The notes below the pieces were generated by a model. The model did not search any database. It saw only the letters and a list, made by a program, of their open reading frames with translations, and was not told where the DNA came from. Positions 1-12,408 of a stretch of DNA of 64,000 bases are shown here, piece by piece. Within the stretch, counting starts at the first letter, position 1. Each line of letters begins with the position of its first letter. The translations under genes and the position numbers were made by a program. The DNA comes from Octopus vulgaris (taxonomy: Eukaryota): contig OX597819.1 in assembly GCA_951406725.2 (NCBI GenBank), forward strand, positions 2,852,001-2,916,000, given 5' to 3'.

Positions 1-53
1 TTGGTGCACTACAGAATTAGTCTGGGAACTTTTTGATACATAAATTATATACA

Positions 54-89
<36 letters not shown>

Positions 90-174
90 CATATGCACAC
101 ACATATATACCCTATATGTAATATTTATTAGCATGTTATTTTGAAACTTAATTTGCATACCGCAAGAGAATTTG

Positions 175-478
175 TTCTAGAATATGTACACACACACACA
201 CACATTCTAGAATATGTACACACACACACACACATTCTAGAATATGTACACACACACACACACATTCTAGAATATGTACACACACACACACACATTCTAG
301 AATATGTACACACACACACACACACACACATTCTAGAATATGTACACACACACACACATTCTAGAATATGTACACACACACACACACATTCTAGAATATG
401 TACACACACACACACACATTCTAGAATATGTACACACACACACACATTCTAGAATATGTACACACACACACACACATT
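175..478. repeat. Minisatellite, 10 copies of TTCTAGAATATGTA(CA)n A, unit about 28-36 bp
   Basis: Ten CTAG-containing units read directly; only the CA tract length varies. Confidence 0.95.
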
Positions 479-682
479 CATATACATATTAATAGAATAG
501 CACATACACACTTGTTAGTATATAACTGGCAATATCTTGTATTAGGGCAATTGAGTTGGAGTATACATATTAAATTCACTTGAAATAACAGACTGCACTG
601 TGTATTCATTATATACAAGAATCGCATTTGGGTGATCATATATGAATAAATGTGGATAAATGTATATCTACGCATATATCAT

Positions 683-930
683 CCTCATCATTTACTGCCA
701 ACTTTCCATGCTGGCATGGGTTAGATGGTTTGACTGAAAACTGGTAAGCTGCACCAGCTTCCAATCTGATTTGGCATAATTTCTATGGTTGGATGCCCTT
801 CTTAATGCCAACCACTCCAAGAGTGTAGTGGGTGCTCTTTACATGCCACCAGCATGAGTGCCAGTTACGCATCATCAGCATCAGCCATGAGTACAATTTC
901 ATTTGGTTTGACAGGTCTTCTCAAGTATGG
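683..930 (-). mobile_element. Decayed 3' end of the RTE family with (GAT)n tail
   Basis: Similar to the 3' terminal segment at 53329-53520 (ccatgctggcatgggtt...ggatgcccttc...gagtgtagtgggtgc). Confidence 0.65.
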
Positions 931-1131
931 TGTATCATTTGTGACAAAGTAATAAAAATTGTCAATAACCCTGAAAGAACTTTTTGCTGAAAATTTTTCA
1001 TACATTAAATACTGTTTTGATTTCTTAAAAACCCATTCTCAAAATAGTTTATTTAAAATTTTGTAAGGTGTTGATATGTAGGAGAGAGAGAGAGAAATCA
1101 ATCCCACAAAACCTAGCTTTGGGAGAGTACC

Positions 1132-1399
1132 GAAGCATGGAACAAACTGCCGGCATCAGTTGTTAGTTGTCGGAGCACTGCATCCTTCAAAACTTCCATG
1201 CTTCCTGAGATTTGCCAACACTACACCTGATTTTCTCCCCTCCATACACACGCAAGCATGTACCTGACTCATACATTGTTCGCTTTCCAGACATTTCTAC
1301 ATTACTGCATGTACTTTATATGCACTTTTGACAAGTTGTGGTGCACCTGAGCACTGTATACAATAATTTCATTATTATTATTATTATTATTATTATATT
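1132..1399 (+). mobile_element. CR1-like LINE 3' fragment with (TTA)n tail
   Basis: Near-identical to 23499-23745 (end of ORF2 EAWNKLPASVV plus 3'UTR). Confidence 0.85.
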
Positions 1400-1547
1400 A
1401 CAATGGTCTGTTAAAGCATTTATTTTTCAGTGTATACGTAAGTTGTATGTATGCAGGATCATGCAAATGTGTTTTCATGCAAGTGAGATCACCTGTTACC
1501 CAATTGGTTATTGACTACAAACTGTGAGTAATAGTAAATATTTAATG

Positions 1548-2140
1548 AAAGCAGTGAGTTGACAGAATCGTTAGCATGCCAGGCAAAATGCTTAGTGCCA
1601 TTCCATACATTGTTGCGTTCTGAGTTCAAATTCCACTGAGGTCGATTTTGCCTTTCATCTTTTTGGGGTAAATAAAATAAGTACCAATTGAGCACTGGGG
1701 TTGATGTAATCAACTTATCTCCTGCCCTGAAATTACTGGCCTCATGCCAAAATTCAAAACCAATGTTATATATTTAATGATGGCAGTGAGCTGGCAGTGC
1801 CGTTTGCATGCTTAATAGCATTTCATCCATCTTTACATTCTGAACTCAAAATCTACCAAAGCCCCTTTCCTTAAAATTGCTGGCCCTGTGCCAAAATTTG
1901 AAAGTAATATTAATAGTGATTTGTAAGGTGATGAGCTGGCAGAATCATTAGTACACCGGGCAAAATGTTTAGTGGCATTTCATCTATCTTTACGTTCTGA
2001 GTTCAAATTCTACAAAGGTCAACTTTGCCTTTCATCCCTTTGGAACTGATAAAATAAATGCTAGTTGAGTACTGGGGCCGATATATAATCAACTTAAACC
2101 CTCCCCTGAAATTGCTGGCCTTGTGTCAAAATTTGAAACT
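1548..2140 (+). mobile_element. Three tandem copies of a tRNA-related SINE (middle copy internally deleted)
   Basis: Repeated gtgagctggcagaatc...ttctgagttcaaattc...aaattgctggccttgtgccaaaatttgaaa; further copies at 15080-15275(-), 21030-21155(-), 29846-30063(+). Confidence 0.75.
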
Positions 2141-2521
2141 TCATGGCTGGTTGCTAGCAAATTTTTCTGCTCTTAAAAGGATTTTATCTTTTGTATATGC
2201 TGTTCAGTATTTATGAGTTAAAAAAATATATCTTTCTACTTGATCTTTAAACTATTTGTTAAATGGTCACAATTTTTCTAGTGTGGTGGATTGACAGTTT
2301 TGAGTAGAGTGTAGAGTGTATCATGCAAGAAGGGATAGTTTGTGTATGTGTATCAGAGAGTAATGAGGAGTGTAGTAGCACATTGAAGTTACATCCAAGA
2401 CAACTCATTTTTCATTATTGGTGTAAATATGTAAATTCAAAATAACTTATGTAACAAGCATTCAATTTGTGTTGTGTAAAAATCAATGAGCCGTGCATGA
2501 TACAAGGTACAAAATACAATA

Positions 2522-2710
2522 TCTATAATAATAAATGTTAAAGTCTGAGACCCCTGTATCTCTGTGTACACTTGCTCTACATTGATGTATTATAACCTTC
2601 TGGAATCAAGATGATCCTGGGATTGAAAATCTGCATTTCATTTGGTTCTTGAACATCCAGCATTGGGATCTGATTTAAAAGCATTTGGGTTGCTATTTCT
2701 AGCAGGTAAA
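2522..2710 (+). mobile_element. Helitron 5' end fragment
   Basis: A|TCTATAATAATAAATG start; shares ctggaatcaagatgatcc..gggattgaaaatctgc..catttggttcttga with the helicase-bearing Helitron at 56746-58237. Confidence 0.55.
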
Positions 2711-3214
2711 GCTTGGTTGAGTCATCTGTCCTGCTTGGCATTTGTCAGATGAAGTCAGAGATCAAGGGAGAGATAAACGATGTTCACTTCGTTAATTTCA
2801 CATCAAGATAAGAACTTTGAAACAAACTGGCCAACAGTTGGAATTCAACTTGGGACTGGAGCAATAGAATTCTTGCACTGCAGAATTAATTCTCATCCAT
2901 CCTTAACCTCCGATCAAACACCACCATGGCATATAGTCATGCTATTTAGCTCTCTTTAGTTTTGGGCCACAGACCCAATTAGCCCTCTGCAGACACTGGC
3001 TTAAAAGTTCACACAGAATGTGGCTTTTAAGCTAGTGAATTATAAAATGCAAAATTATAAAATGCAAAATATATGTAGAACAGAACACAATGCAGTTTCT
3101 GTTGATGGTAATTTTATGGTTACCCAGTGAGTATGTTGATGTTATTCTATAATTCTATAAGTCTAACTAATGCATCAAACTAGCATATGACGGTATTTCA
3201 ATTGAAACAAAAAA

Positions 3215-3535
3215 CAGGCACTCTTTTGGTTACGACAAGGGTTCCAGTTGATCCAATAAATGGAATAACCTGCTGATGAACTTAATGTGCAAGAGGCTGA
3301 GCACTCCACAGACACAAGTACCCTTAACATAGTTCTCAGGGAGATTCAGCATGACACAGAATGTGACAAAGCTGGCCCTTTGAAATACAGGCGCTACTCA
3401 TTCTTGCCAGCTGAGTGGACTGGAGCAACGTGAAATGAGGAGTCTTGCTTAAAGACCCAATGTGCCACAAGGTATCAAACTCACAACCATACAATTGTGA
3501 GCCAAATACCCTACTCACAAGGCCACTCGCCTTCA
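3215..3535 (-). mobile_element. tRNA-derived SINE (second family)
   Basis: Minus strand has A/B-box-like head then ttcacgttgctccagtccactcagctggc core; related heads at 25055, 26540, 51345. Confidence 0.6.
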
Positions 3536-4045
3536 CAGTACTTCAGTTATAGTTAAGGCAGTGGATGTTTTTTGTGTATAGTATATAATAGAAGACCGCC
3601 TGTTTGCCGTCATTAGTGCAAATATGTTAAGTTCACAAAAAAACATTATATGACAAGTATTAACACGCATTCAGCTTCTGTTTTGTAGTTTAAGTTGGGG
3701 TTTATATGGGAATTTGTTTTCTTAAATGGTGTGGATTCTACAAAGATCAGCAGAGACAACTTTGTCAATTTCTTGCCTTGCACATACTGTGGAGTGGTTG
3801 GCATTAGGAAGGCCATTCAGCCATAGAAACCAAGCCAAAACAGACTAAGGAACCTTGTGTGGAACCCTGGCCTTACCAGTTCTTGTCAAGCCCTCCAATC
3901 CATGTCTGCACAGAAAATGGACATTAGATGATGATGATGGTGATGATGATGACGATAATGATTATGATGATGATGATGAAAGGCAGTGTATTTCAACAGA
4001 AATATCATAACAAAAGTGTTAAGTATATTCCTTCCCACTATTTGC

Positions 4046-4098
<53 letters not shown>

Positions 4099-4609
4099 AT
4101 ACAAATCACCCTTTCTTGCATGATACTCTGTACACTTTACACAAAACTAATCAACCCAATTATTACTCTGCAATAATATTATAACCACTCAATACCCAAC
4201 ATAACTATTATTCAGTCAGTTCCTGGCCAACAGCCAATTAGGCAACAGTTGACCCCATCCACACCAAAAGGCTGCAACAACATTCCTACATTTATATGAC
4301 CTTACACACTCAGGTAAACACTTAAGAATAAATACTTTAAAAGATGATTGTAATTAATTTTTTTTTATTTATTTATATTTTTCGCTTGTTTCAGTCAGTA
4401 GAGTGCACACATGTCAGGGCACTAATTTCAAGGGCTTCAGTTGAAACCCTTGAATAAACTGATCCCAGTACTTTCCTTTGTCTTAAATCAAATGAAACTC
4501 AATCCATCCATTCACTTTACACGCAATTAAAAAAATGTTTTTTTTTATCAACAGTTAATTGTCTCTATTTATAAATGATTGCAATTCTTATTATAGAACG
4601 ATAATGATA

Positions 4610-5065
4610 GTTTTGAAAATTCTTGGTTTTACCATTTGGTGTTAATACAAAGAGATTGTTGCCATTTCCAACTCTGGAACAACCCAACATAGAGCTGACC
4701 ATGGAAAAAGCACTGCAGCATAAGGTGAAGCCCAACTATTTCGTTAATTGTAGGTAACGGAGGAAAATGTTACAAAGTTTTGCTATTAAATTCAAAATGT
4801 TTTGGTCAGTTTTCTAACACAGAATGTCGCAGTTATTATTATAGCTAAGGGAGGTAACTCTTGTAAACCATTTGAAACCTCTTGCAGTTACCTAACCTGC
4901 TAGAAATAGCAGCCCAAATGCTCCTACATCAGATCCCAATGCTGGATGTTCAAGAACCAAATGAAGGTCATATTTCCAAAATGGTATAATGTGTCTATGT
5001 AAAGCAAATGTACACTGAGATACAAGGGTCCCAGACAGACAGAATTTCACTTTTATTTATATAGA
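4610..5065 (-). mobile_element. Helitron remnant with Pif1-helicase C-terminal fragment
   Basis: Minus strand 4621-4740 encodes [15 protein letters not shown], matching 57970-58030; TCTATATAAATAAAAGTG 5' end at 5065. Confidence 0.7.
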
Positions 5066-6299
5066 TTATATCATCATCATTATCATCATTTAACATCCAT
5101 CTCCCATAGGGTTGGTGGTTTGACAGGATTCAATGAATCAAAGGATTGCATCAAGATCCAATGCCTGCTTTGTGACATGGTTTCTATGGCTAGATGCCAA
5201 CCACTTTACAAAGTGTACTGGGAGCTTTTTTTCTTTCTTGTGGCACAAGCACTAGTGAGGTTGCCATGTAATCTGCTTTTTTTTTCTTGTGGCACAAGCA
5301 CTAGTGAGGTTGCCATGTAATCTGCAAGACCAAAAAGCTCCCTTCACAAAGGGAGTTGGCTTTATGCTAGGTGTTGAGGAGTTATAAAGTAAGAGAGGAC
5401 AAGAACTTGTTTGTTGCTATGGAGAAAATACACAGCTACCCAACATTATATAAGTATGGGTAGTAGTAATCAGGGTGTAACTGGAAAGAGAGATGAAAAT
5501 GGTGGTGATGAGGTGTCAAAACATACTCTCTATACAAAATAGGATAACAACAATAAATGAGACAGTTACAACAGGAGATCAGGAAGGGTGAATGGGTTAA
5601 GTGTTCAAGACTGTAGGAGGAGAATGAGAGATGGTTTGAGAAGGGGTGGAGGTGGATGTAGCAAAAGGTGAAGAAAGGAGGAAGCACAGTTGATGGTAAA
5701 TATGAGTTGAGAGAGAAGATAAAAGATATGAATGGTTTGGAGGAGAGGTGAAGAGTGATAGTAGAGAGAGAATAGAGAGCAGAAGATATGGTAAGGATGA
5801 GAGATAGGAAGATGATGGGTGGGGTGGATGGATAAAAGTTTACAAGTCTGGGAAAGAATGAAAGAAAGTGATGTAGTGACAAGAATGTAGGAGGTCAGAG
5901 ACAGAATGAGGTGAATACAATGAGTACGAAGCAAAGGTGGGGGAGGGGCAAAGCCAGATATGAAACAATGTTAAGAATAAAGAATGAGTGTCAAAAGGAT
6001 AAAAGTTGAGGGAAGATGGAAAGATAACTGGCATCACAGAAGGATTGTTCATATGTTGAGGTCAGCCTTCACTACTTTGTTCCACATTGTAATTAAAAAA
6101 ATGGAGGTAATAAAAAAGCAAGCTCACTAAGATCAGATGGTATGATTTTCAGGTGTTCAAGCAATCCACTTTTACTCAACAAAGCTGCAGCGAAAAGAGC
6201 TAAAATGTACCTGAACACTGAAAATAACTGCATAGTGATGTTGAGAAGAAAACTGCGGTTAAAATGCACTTTACCTGGTTATTACTAGATTTCCTTTGT

Positions 6300-7640
6300 A
6301 TGACATTTACCAGAAAAGAGTAAGGGTAATCAAATATAATTTGTTAACGAATTTACCACCAAAAGCAGTCTTGATAAAATGTAAATTGCAACAAAGCTAC
6401 AAAGGTAACTGAGCCAGGCCAGCTGTGAAAAAGCTGCTGGAATAAAAGATGTTGTATTTATGATTTTCCTCATTCACGTTGATGATTTTTGCTTTGCAGC
6501 ATTCATAAGTTTTCCAAACACAAGTTATTGACAGGCTCCATAAAATATTTAAAGTTAAGAGTGAACAAGTAGCAGGGTTTCAGTATATCAGATAAGATAT
6601 CAAAAAAGAAAGGTGAGGATATTAAACTTGGACAAGATGAATATGCAAAGAAATTCGAATATATTCCAATGGAAAACAACAAAAACTTAGAAGATACAAT
6701 ATCAACAATTGATATTACAGAAATTATGCTACTGATGGAAGCCATATTAGTTAGCCACACAAACCAGACCATATTTGAATTGTGATATTAGTGAGTTAAT
6801 TTCCATTCTAAAACAGGAAAACAGAGCATATTAAGCAAGTTAACAAAACAATAAAGAAAGAAAGGAAAAATTGTTAGGGTGGCTGCGTGGTAAGAAGTTT
6901 GCTTCACAACCACATAGTTTGGGGTTCAGTCCTACTGCATGGCACTTTGGGCAAGTGTCTTCTGCTATAGCCTCAGGCCGACCAAAACCCTGGGAGTAGA
7001 TTTGATAGACAGAAACTAAAAGAAGCTTGTTGTGTGTGTGTGTGTGTAATTGTCTTTGTCTCCCACCACCATTTCACAGCCATAACTTAGCAGTTCAACA
7101 AAATAGACCAATAGAGTAAGTACCAGACTGGAAAAAAAAAGTACTGGAGTCGATTAAAATTCCTCACTGCAGTGAGCTAGCATGGCCGTAATCTAGTCCC
7201 TGAAACAACAGAAATAAAGAAATAGCAATTCCAAAATTAGGATATCTTGATTGTTTATAAATAGTGGCATATATTGATTCCTCTTTTATTAATCTAAAAC
7301 CTGGGGACAACAAGGAGGTTAGATTATCTTTTGATAACAATAATCATATGTCCATTGCTTAGCAATCTAAATGCATTAGAAAAGTTTTCAAAAGTATTCT
7401 ATCTGTAGAAACTTAGGCAATGGTTGAAATGGCAGAAGCATGGTTTTTCACAGAAAATTTTTATTGGAATTGTCACAGATAAAAGACAATATTAGAAATT
7501 TGTACCTCTGTGATGCAGTACACCCAACAAGGCAAATTTTAGACAAAAGACTTCACATAAAGATGGCTATTTTGAGACAAATGATAAGCAGAAAGAAAAT
7601 TGCAAAGATTTCAAGGGAAAAACGGGTTGCCATCCTTTAA
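6300..7640 (+). mobile_element. Decayed Ty1/copia-type LTR retrotransposon RT-RNase H, split by a SINE
   Basis: MIFLIHVDDFCFA at 6460-6498; KIFKVKSEQ..FQYI; QDEY; RNase H-like DAVH.T.QI.DKRL.I.MA.LRQM in ORF 7440-7640; many stops and frameshifts. Confidence 0.65.
6876..7222 (+). mobile_element. tRNA-derived SINE
   Basis: ggtggctgcgtggtaag (A box), ggttcagtcc (B box), central (TG)n; same family as 52302-52760. Confidence 0.8.
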
Positions 7641-7889
7641 GATTCTCGTCTTTATATCAGAACCTAGAGAATCTTCAGTACAATTATTATTTTATTTTGT
7701 GGTTAAAAACACTGTATTAAAAAAAAAAAAGGTGAAATAGTCAAGGGGAAGCAACTCCTCCCTTAAAGGGAGATAATATCTCCTATCACTGAAACAGAAT
7801 ACCCGGAATCAGGAACGGAAAAGAAGAGGTTTTTACATGCATGTTGGTTAACCAGTTGATCGTGATTTTCCTTCGTATTTAAAACTTCT

Positions 7890-9170
7890 GTCACTAGTAG
7901 TGGCGGTAGCTCTCTGAACTTTCTCCAGTCTGATCTTATTCTGGCTACTATACTTTCAAAACATCTCCCTCCACGGCGAGATCACCTGCATAACAAAAAC
8001 CATCAACTACCTCTAGGGATACTCCAGGGCATTCAAGAAAATATTTCCCACGTGTTCTTAATCTTTATCGATCCTGCAAATATGCCACATACTTTCTATA
8101 TCAACCGGCTGGTGATTCCACTGCACCTCTTGTGTATACAGCTTGCACTGGGTACACCATCTGGAATTTCTACCAACTCCATTTCTACATCTTAACCAAG
8201 GCTATTTTCCTTAAAACAGTAGAGTCCTGTCTGTTTTCTTGTTTACTCAAACTTTGGTCTTTGCAAATTAACTTTAAGGTCCTACCCCACCTGTAATTTC
8301 TTTTCTAATTTTACAATCAAATAATAATAATAATAATGAAATTATTGTATACAGTGCTCAGGTGCACCACAACTTGTCAAAAGTGCGTATAAAGTATATG
8401 CAGTAATGTACAAATGTCTGGAAAGTGAACAGTGAATGAGTCAGATACATGCTTGCGTGTGTATGGACGGGAGAAAATCAGGTGTAGTGTTGGCGAATCT
8501 CAGGAAGCATGGAAGTTTTGAAGGATGCAGTGCTCCGACAACAAACAACTGATGCCGGCAGTTTGTTCCATGCTTCAGCAACTCTTAACGTGAAAAAATG
8601 TTTCCAAAAGTCATGGGAGCTGTGCTGTTTTCTGACTTTGTAAACATGTCCATGGGTGTTAGACAGGTGGAGTCTGAAAAGGTGCTCAGAGTTATTGTTT
8701 GTAAGATGGTTAATAATTTTATGTCCATGATCATGCCATAGTTTGTACACCCTGCACTAAAATGTTGTTGAAGACTGCCTATCAATTTATTTTTCTTTGT
8801 ATTAACAATGCTTGTATAGCACCCAATTATTTTTACTATTTCTATTTATCTACCTACATCAACAATGTGATCTATGTTCCATCATCTCAGAAAGCATGGA
8901 AGTTTTGAAGGATGCAGTGCTCCGACAACTAACAACTGATGCCAGCAGTTTGTTCCATACTTCAGCAACTCTTAGAGTGAAAAAATCTTCCATAATAATG
9001 AAATTATCTTTATATAGCAGCTCCCAAGGTCAACCAGTATTGAACTCCTGTTATAGCTGGGACAACTACGATGAATAGGGAGATTGAGAAACAAATTCTG
9101 GTGAAAATTAACCAAAGTACTTGTACTTGTTGCTAACTCTCACCTCATTGCAACTATTCTGATGAGTGTT
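7890..9170 (-). mobile_element. Highly decayed RTE RT remnant interrupted by a composite CR1 insertion (8322-8986)
   Basis: Minus strand remnants CRNGVGRNS.WCTQCKL (8140-8190) and LFIVV..AIT (9040-9080), homologous to ORF 54343-55677. Confidence 0.55.
8322..8722 (-). mobile_element. CR1-like LINE 3' fragment with (TTA)n tail
   Basis: ORF 8478-8750 HKIINHL...HFFTLRVAEAWNKLPASVV; near-identical to 23350-23745. Confidence 0.9.
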
Positions 9171-9234
9171 TACCTGAATTAGATAAATGAGAGAGGGTTT
9201 ATACAATGGTATTGGAATGATGTTCTGGCCGAAT

Positions 9235-9470
9235 TACTCTTTACTCTTTTACTTGTTTCAGTCATTTGACTGTGGCCATGCTGGAACACCGCCTTTAGTC
9301 GAGCAAATCGACCCCAGGACTTATTCGTTGTAAGCCTAGTACTTATTCTATCGGTCTCTTTTGCCAAACCGCTAAGTTACAGGGACGCAAACACATCAGC
9401 ATCAGTTATCAAGCGATGTTGGGGGGACAAACACAGACACACAAACACACACACACACACACATATATAT
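9235..9470 (-). mobile_element. 3' half of tRNA-SINE (a matching 5' half lies at 10779-10911, beyond a CR1 insertion)
   Basis: Reverse complement of 52560-52760; 10779-10911 is the reverse complement of the SINE head. Confidence 0.75.
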
Positions 9471-9623
9471 ATGTGTGTAGGGGTAAAATATGAAAAATCA
9501 ACGAAAATGCACATTGCAAATAAAAAAGGCTATTTATGACAGGTAACGACAAATATATACATTTAAATTGACTGAGGTAGTAATACGAGTCATAAAAGTC
9601 ATTATTATGAGATGATTATAAGA

Positions 9624-10686
9624 TAATAATAATAATAATAATAATATAATAATAATTGTGTACAGTGCTCAGGTGCACTACAACTCATCTAAAGTGTATA
9701 TATAATCAGGTGTAGTTTCGGCGGATTTCAGAAAGCATGAGGGCCTTAAAGGATGCAGTGTCATGGCAGTCAACAACTGACGCAGGCAGTTTATTCCATG
9801 CTTCAGCAACTCTGAGCGTGAAAAAATGTTTCCGAAAGTCATGGGAGCTGTGTTGTTTTCTGACTTTGTAGGCATGTCCACGTGTGTTGGACACATGGAG
9901 ATCAAAAAGGTGTTCAGTGTTGTTGTTGGTGAGGTGGTTGATAACTTTGTGGGTGTTTACCAAGTCCATCGCCAGACGCCAGAGCTTCAGTGAATCCATG
10001 CCCAGGGAAACAAGGCGCTCAGAATATGGTAGGTGTCTGATGGAGGGTATGCGTTTGGTTGCACGTCTCTGGACAGATTCCAGGAGGTCAATGTTCTGAG
10101 CAAGATAGGGGTTCCAAACTGATGATGCGAATTCCAAGTGTGGTCGTACCATAGCTGTATACAGTTTTAAATAGATGGCTGGAGAGTGGCTAACAAAAGT
10201 CTTGCTGAGTGATGCCAAGACACCCTCGGCCTTCTTGACAATTTTAGAGATATGCTTTGTCCAACGCAAATCACTGTTGACGGTGATGCCTAGGTCACGC
10301 TCGCAAGAGGATTTCTTGATATCAGTGTTGTGGAGGGAGTATGTGGACGCAGGGTTTTTTCTCCCAAAATGCATGGTGGTCCACAGCCAGTTTCAGTTGC
10401 CAGTCTGTGATCCATTGCTGCATTGTGTCTAGGTCTGATTGCAGGAAAGAGTTGTAGACATCAGGATCTGTCTTCTTGATTTCAAGGTACAGCTTGATGT
10501 CATCTGCATATTTCAATACTGTGGCATTCTTTAAATTGGCATCTATGTCATTAATGTATGCCACAAACAAGAGGGGACCAAGGACAGATCCCTGTGGTAC
10601 ACCCGATGACATCTCATATGGTGGAGAATGCTGTCCTAGAACTGTGACTACCTCCTTTCGGCTGAGAATGAAGGATTTCAACCAGT
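9624..10686 (-). mobile_element. 5'-truncated CR1-like LINE (RT C-terminal part, frameshifted)
   Basis: ORFs 10322-10714 (GVPQGSVLGPLLF, YADD) and 9706-10374 (ERDLG, VRPHLEFASSVWNP, QRRATK); (TTA)n tail. Confidence 0.92.
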
Positions 10687-11268
10687 TAAAAATGATAATA
10701 AAGTAAGAGAACAAAACGGACCATGGTTTACGCGAAGCTATTCATCGTTTGAACAACACCGGTTGATATATATATATCAATTCCGCTCACAAGGCTTTGG
10801 TCGGCCCAAGGCTATAGTAGAAGACACTTGCCCAAAGTGCCACGCAATGGGACTGAACCTGGAACCATGTGGTTGGTAAGCAACCTACTTACCACACAGC
10901 CACTGCTGCACCTAGATTAGAAAAATATGTTACTGAGAGTATCTAGCTGTAAAACAACAGCTGGACACTCTTCCTATCATGAACACCTGCCTGTTTTTCA
11001 AGCAAAGGGTTTTCTTATTCCATGTAGCTTCAAAGATATGAAGTGAGTGGACAACGTATTGGAAGGAGAAATACCAACAGAACATCATGCGAACATCATG
11101 ACTTTTATATAAGCAAGCAGCAGATGTAAACAAACACACAAACATGCATGGACACATATCATATACATATATCATCATCATCATAATTTAACATGCATTT
11201 TCCATGCTGGCACAGGCTGGATAATTATACAGGAGCTGATGAGCCAGAGAACCACGCCTTCTCTCCCC

Positions 11269-11300
<32 letters not shown>

Positions 11301-11862
11301 TACATATTTAAATAGGTTTCTTTTTCAGTTTCCATCCATCAAATTCACTCACAAGTCTTTAATCAGCCTGGTGTTGGAGCTACAGTGGAAGATGCCTGGT
11401 GTTGGAGCTACAGTGGAAGATGCCTGGTGTTGGAGCTACAGTGGAAGATGCCTGCCCAAGATGCTGCTGCACAGTAGGATTGACCCTGAAACCAAGTGGT
11501 TAAGAAGTTCAGCTTCTTAACCACAAAGCCATGTCAACACTTATGTAATGTTATAATTCCAAATTATTGGAGAATTTTTATGGAAGCAAATACCAAGGAT
11601 TGACAGAGGTGAAAAGTGAAAGCATAAAAAATTTCAATGAGTCCAAAATCCAAGATGTTATTCATAGAAGATGGAACAGGTGATAATGGCTTGAGTTGAA
11701 AATGTAAGGACAAAAATTACCATTTTACTGTAATTCTAGTCACTCCAATGAAGTATGGAAATGTAAGTAGTAAGCCATGGTGGTCAATAGATACAAAACA
11801 CAACTTCTTAAAAACTAATTAGTTTAAAAAAAAAAAAAACAAATCACTGTAAAGAATTTTAC

Positions 11863-12033
11863 CTCGATATTAAAATATGGAGCCAAATAAACAGCATTCC
11901 AGATGTTTTCACTTTCATATTTCATGTACTTCTCAGCCATTGTATTCATATCTAGTTTTTGGCGACAATGGTTATAATCACATGTCTGCGATCCATTTTT
12001 CTTTCTTATAAAACATTGGTCATAAAGAGAACC
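11863..12033 (-). CDS. CTBS: CTBS-like GH18 gene, coding exon 6 (GSLYDQCFIRK...IWNAVYLAPYFNIE)
   Basis: cacttag| acceptor, |gtaaaa donor, 171 nt open, phase 0-0; W...APYFN matches chitobiase W...APYYNY. Confidence 0.85.
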
Positions 12034-12146
12034 CTAAGTGAAAAAAATAATATCAATTTAATTTGTAAAATTTTTCATTCATTTCTTTATCATCATATTA
12101 ATTACAGATTATTGTAGCTTACTAGAAGCATTGTGTATTGTCTGTA

Positions 12147-12408
12147 AAATATAACATGTCTTGAATGGCACAACAATGCAGAGTGGACTATACTAAGTGT
12201 TATAATTTAATTATCCACAGTCTGATAAGATAATATCATTTTGGAATATAAAAATTCCTTCTTCGGATATTGCTAGGAATTGATCGAGTCACTGCTATAA
12301 GCAATCAACTCCTAGAAAGAATTTTTATATTCCAAAATATTATATCAGACTATGAATAATTAAATAGTCTACTCTGCATTGTTGTGCCATTCAAGACACG
12401 TTATATTT
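12147..12408. repeat. Foldback (MITE-like) inverted repeat, arms about 90-110 bp
   Basis: aaatataacatgtcttgaatggcacaacaatgcagagt...ttttggaatataaaaattc is mirrored by gaatttttatattccaaaa...actctgcattgttgtgccattcaagacacgttatattt. Confidence 0.9.

Noticed and set aside
4899-4910. GCTAGAAATAGC, identical to part of the synthetic sgRNA scaffold (reverse copies near 2692, 21478, 41428)
   Set aside because: A 12-mer within a recurring endogenous repeat motif; the rest of the scaffold is absent
5436-6052. Overlapping minus-strand ORFs in a strongly purine-skewed tract
   Set aside because: No recognisable motif; probably an ancient LINE remnant or low-complexity DNA, and it cannot be classified
1-11862. 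Final CTBS-like exon (expected QVWY...G...W motifs)
   Set aside because: No matching open exon was found by eye; it probably lies beyond the left edge of the window
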